DNA of 63,445 nt, filler included, from Octopus bimaculoides (Eukaryota): the NCBI RefSeq assembly GCF_001194135.2. It is 4 parts of 4 records of this genome, joined end to end, with 100 filler letters (N's around TTAATTAATTAA, not from the genome) between each part and the next. Parts side by side here need not be neighbours in the genome. Positions count along the whole stretch, not along the records: positions 62,273 to 63,445 come from NW_026418172.1; 3 more parts are not named here. One strand, given 5' to 3'. The position numbers were made by a program, and so were the translations under genes. Under the pieces are notes generated by a model. That model ran no database searches, was not told the DNA's origin, and saw only the letters and a program-made list of their open reading frames with translations. Of the stretch, positions 62,301-63,445 are shown piece after piece. The first letter of the stretch is position 1. Each line of letters opens with the position of its first letter.

Positions 62301-63445
62301 AACACACAAATAAACAGAGAGAGAAAATAAAAAAAACGTTTAGTGGCTAGCGATCTATCATGGTGGTGTACGTATGTGTGTTTGTGTACGTATGTATATA
62401 TATATGTGTGTGTGTGTGTGTATGTTTAAGTGCATGCATGTATATTTTGTATGTATACATACATATACTTATGTACTCAAAAACACATGCGCTCACACAT
62501 AAACACATACACGCACTCAGAAATTAAATAGAATTCAAGAATCAAAAATTATTTTTTACCGAAATTGCCGAACAAATATTTTCACTTTTGATATACCACA
62601 TCCGAAAGATCACCGTTAGCAATGTCATTGTTGCTGTTTATATTTATCAATTTCGTTTTTGTATTTGGCTCGCAAGATTCTTTATGTGAATTCGTGTGTT
62701 GAAGCATATTTTAATTGTGTCAACGATTAATGGAAGAGGTTGCAAGAAGCAAGGAAAATTTTTTTGCAAAAATAAATAAGCAAATGAAGTGGAAATCGAA
62801 TTGGTGCGTGTCTTAATTAATACGGCATTAAAACCAAATGACTCTCTCCAAATACAATAAAATATTTATCAATGTAATACATACTTTTTTATTATTCAAC
62901 TTGCCCGCTATTTTTCTCTCCCTCACTTCCTCTCTGTCACTTTCTCTCGTTTACATTCACTCGTTTTGACAATGTCTTCTCACGACATTAACGTCATTTC
63001 AATATACCGGAGATTTTTTAGCAGTTTTTCTTTGTAAATTATCAAAGGTGTGAAATAAATATTTCTTATTATAATCATAAAGCCTGTATTTATATACATA
63101 AATACTCACTTATTCAGTAGTTCACTAAACTTTCTGAATTGAAGCGAATGTAATTCGGTACGTGTATTAACTTACGTATTTGTAAGCAAGACGATGACGC
63201 CATACCACTATTTCTTACATCCGAGCCAGAGAAAATTCAAATTTAGCAATTAGCTTACAATTACATATTATTAAGTGCAAAAATGTTAAGTAAATTTTAT
63301 AAATTTATTTATTATTATTTTTTTTTTGTTACGTGGATGTTAGTCAGATTGGCGGATGTGCGAGACTATATTTCACTCAGGCATTCTTTCAGCACATACA
63401 TACATACATACATACATACATTCATATATATATATATATATATAT

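Overview
AT-rich eukaryotic genomic DNA, dense in microsatellites, SINEs and LINEs, with 11 N-gaps. The repeat landscape looks like an octopus or other coleoid cephalopod (inference, not verified). The only intact protein-coding genes I can support are two serpins arranged head-to-head. Serpin A (32238..33410, -) has no signal peptide and a predicted P1-P1' of Arg-Cys. Serpin B (+) gains an in-frame signal-peptide exon that the ORF track misses (36333..36396 spliced to 41088..42262, 412 aa) and has an atypical reactive loop. A cluster of NRF1/ETS/YY1-type motifs at about 35110-35210 lies between them, and a second promoter-like first exon at about 29035-29190 (-) points to an unidentified gene. 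The rest is transposon debris: CR1/L2-, RTE-, Jockey/I- and Penelope-type retroelements, three tRNA-derived SINE families, mariner derivatives, a Helitron remnant, HINE-like elements, several foldback MITEs and a 1.29 kb TRIM-like LTR element. Notable RNA and mobility signatures: a SINE/LINE shared 3' stem-loop with a compensatory base pair, an RTE with a twin-priming-type 5' inversion, Penelope-type minimal hammerhead motifs, a pre-miRNA-like hairpin and a MITE with a palindromic telomeric core. All alignments and translations were done by eye, and TE boundaries are approximate.
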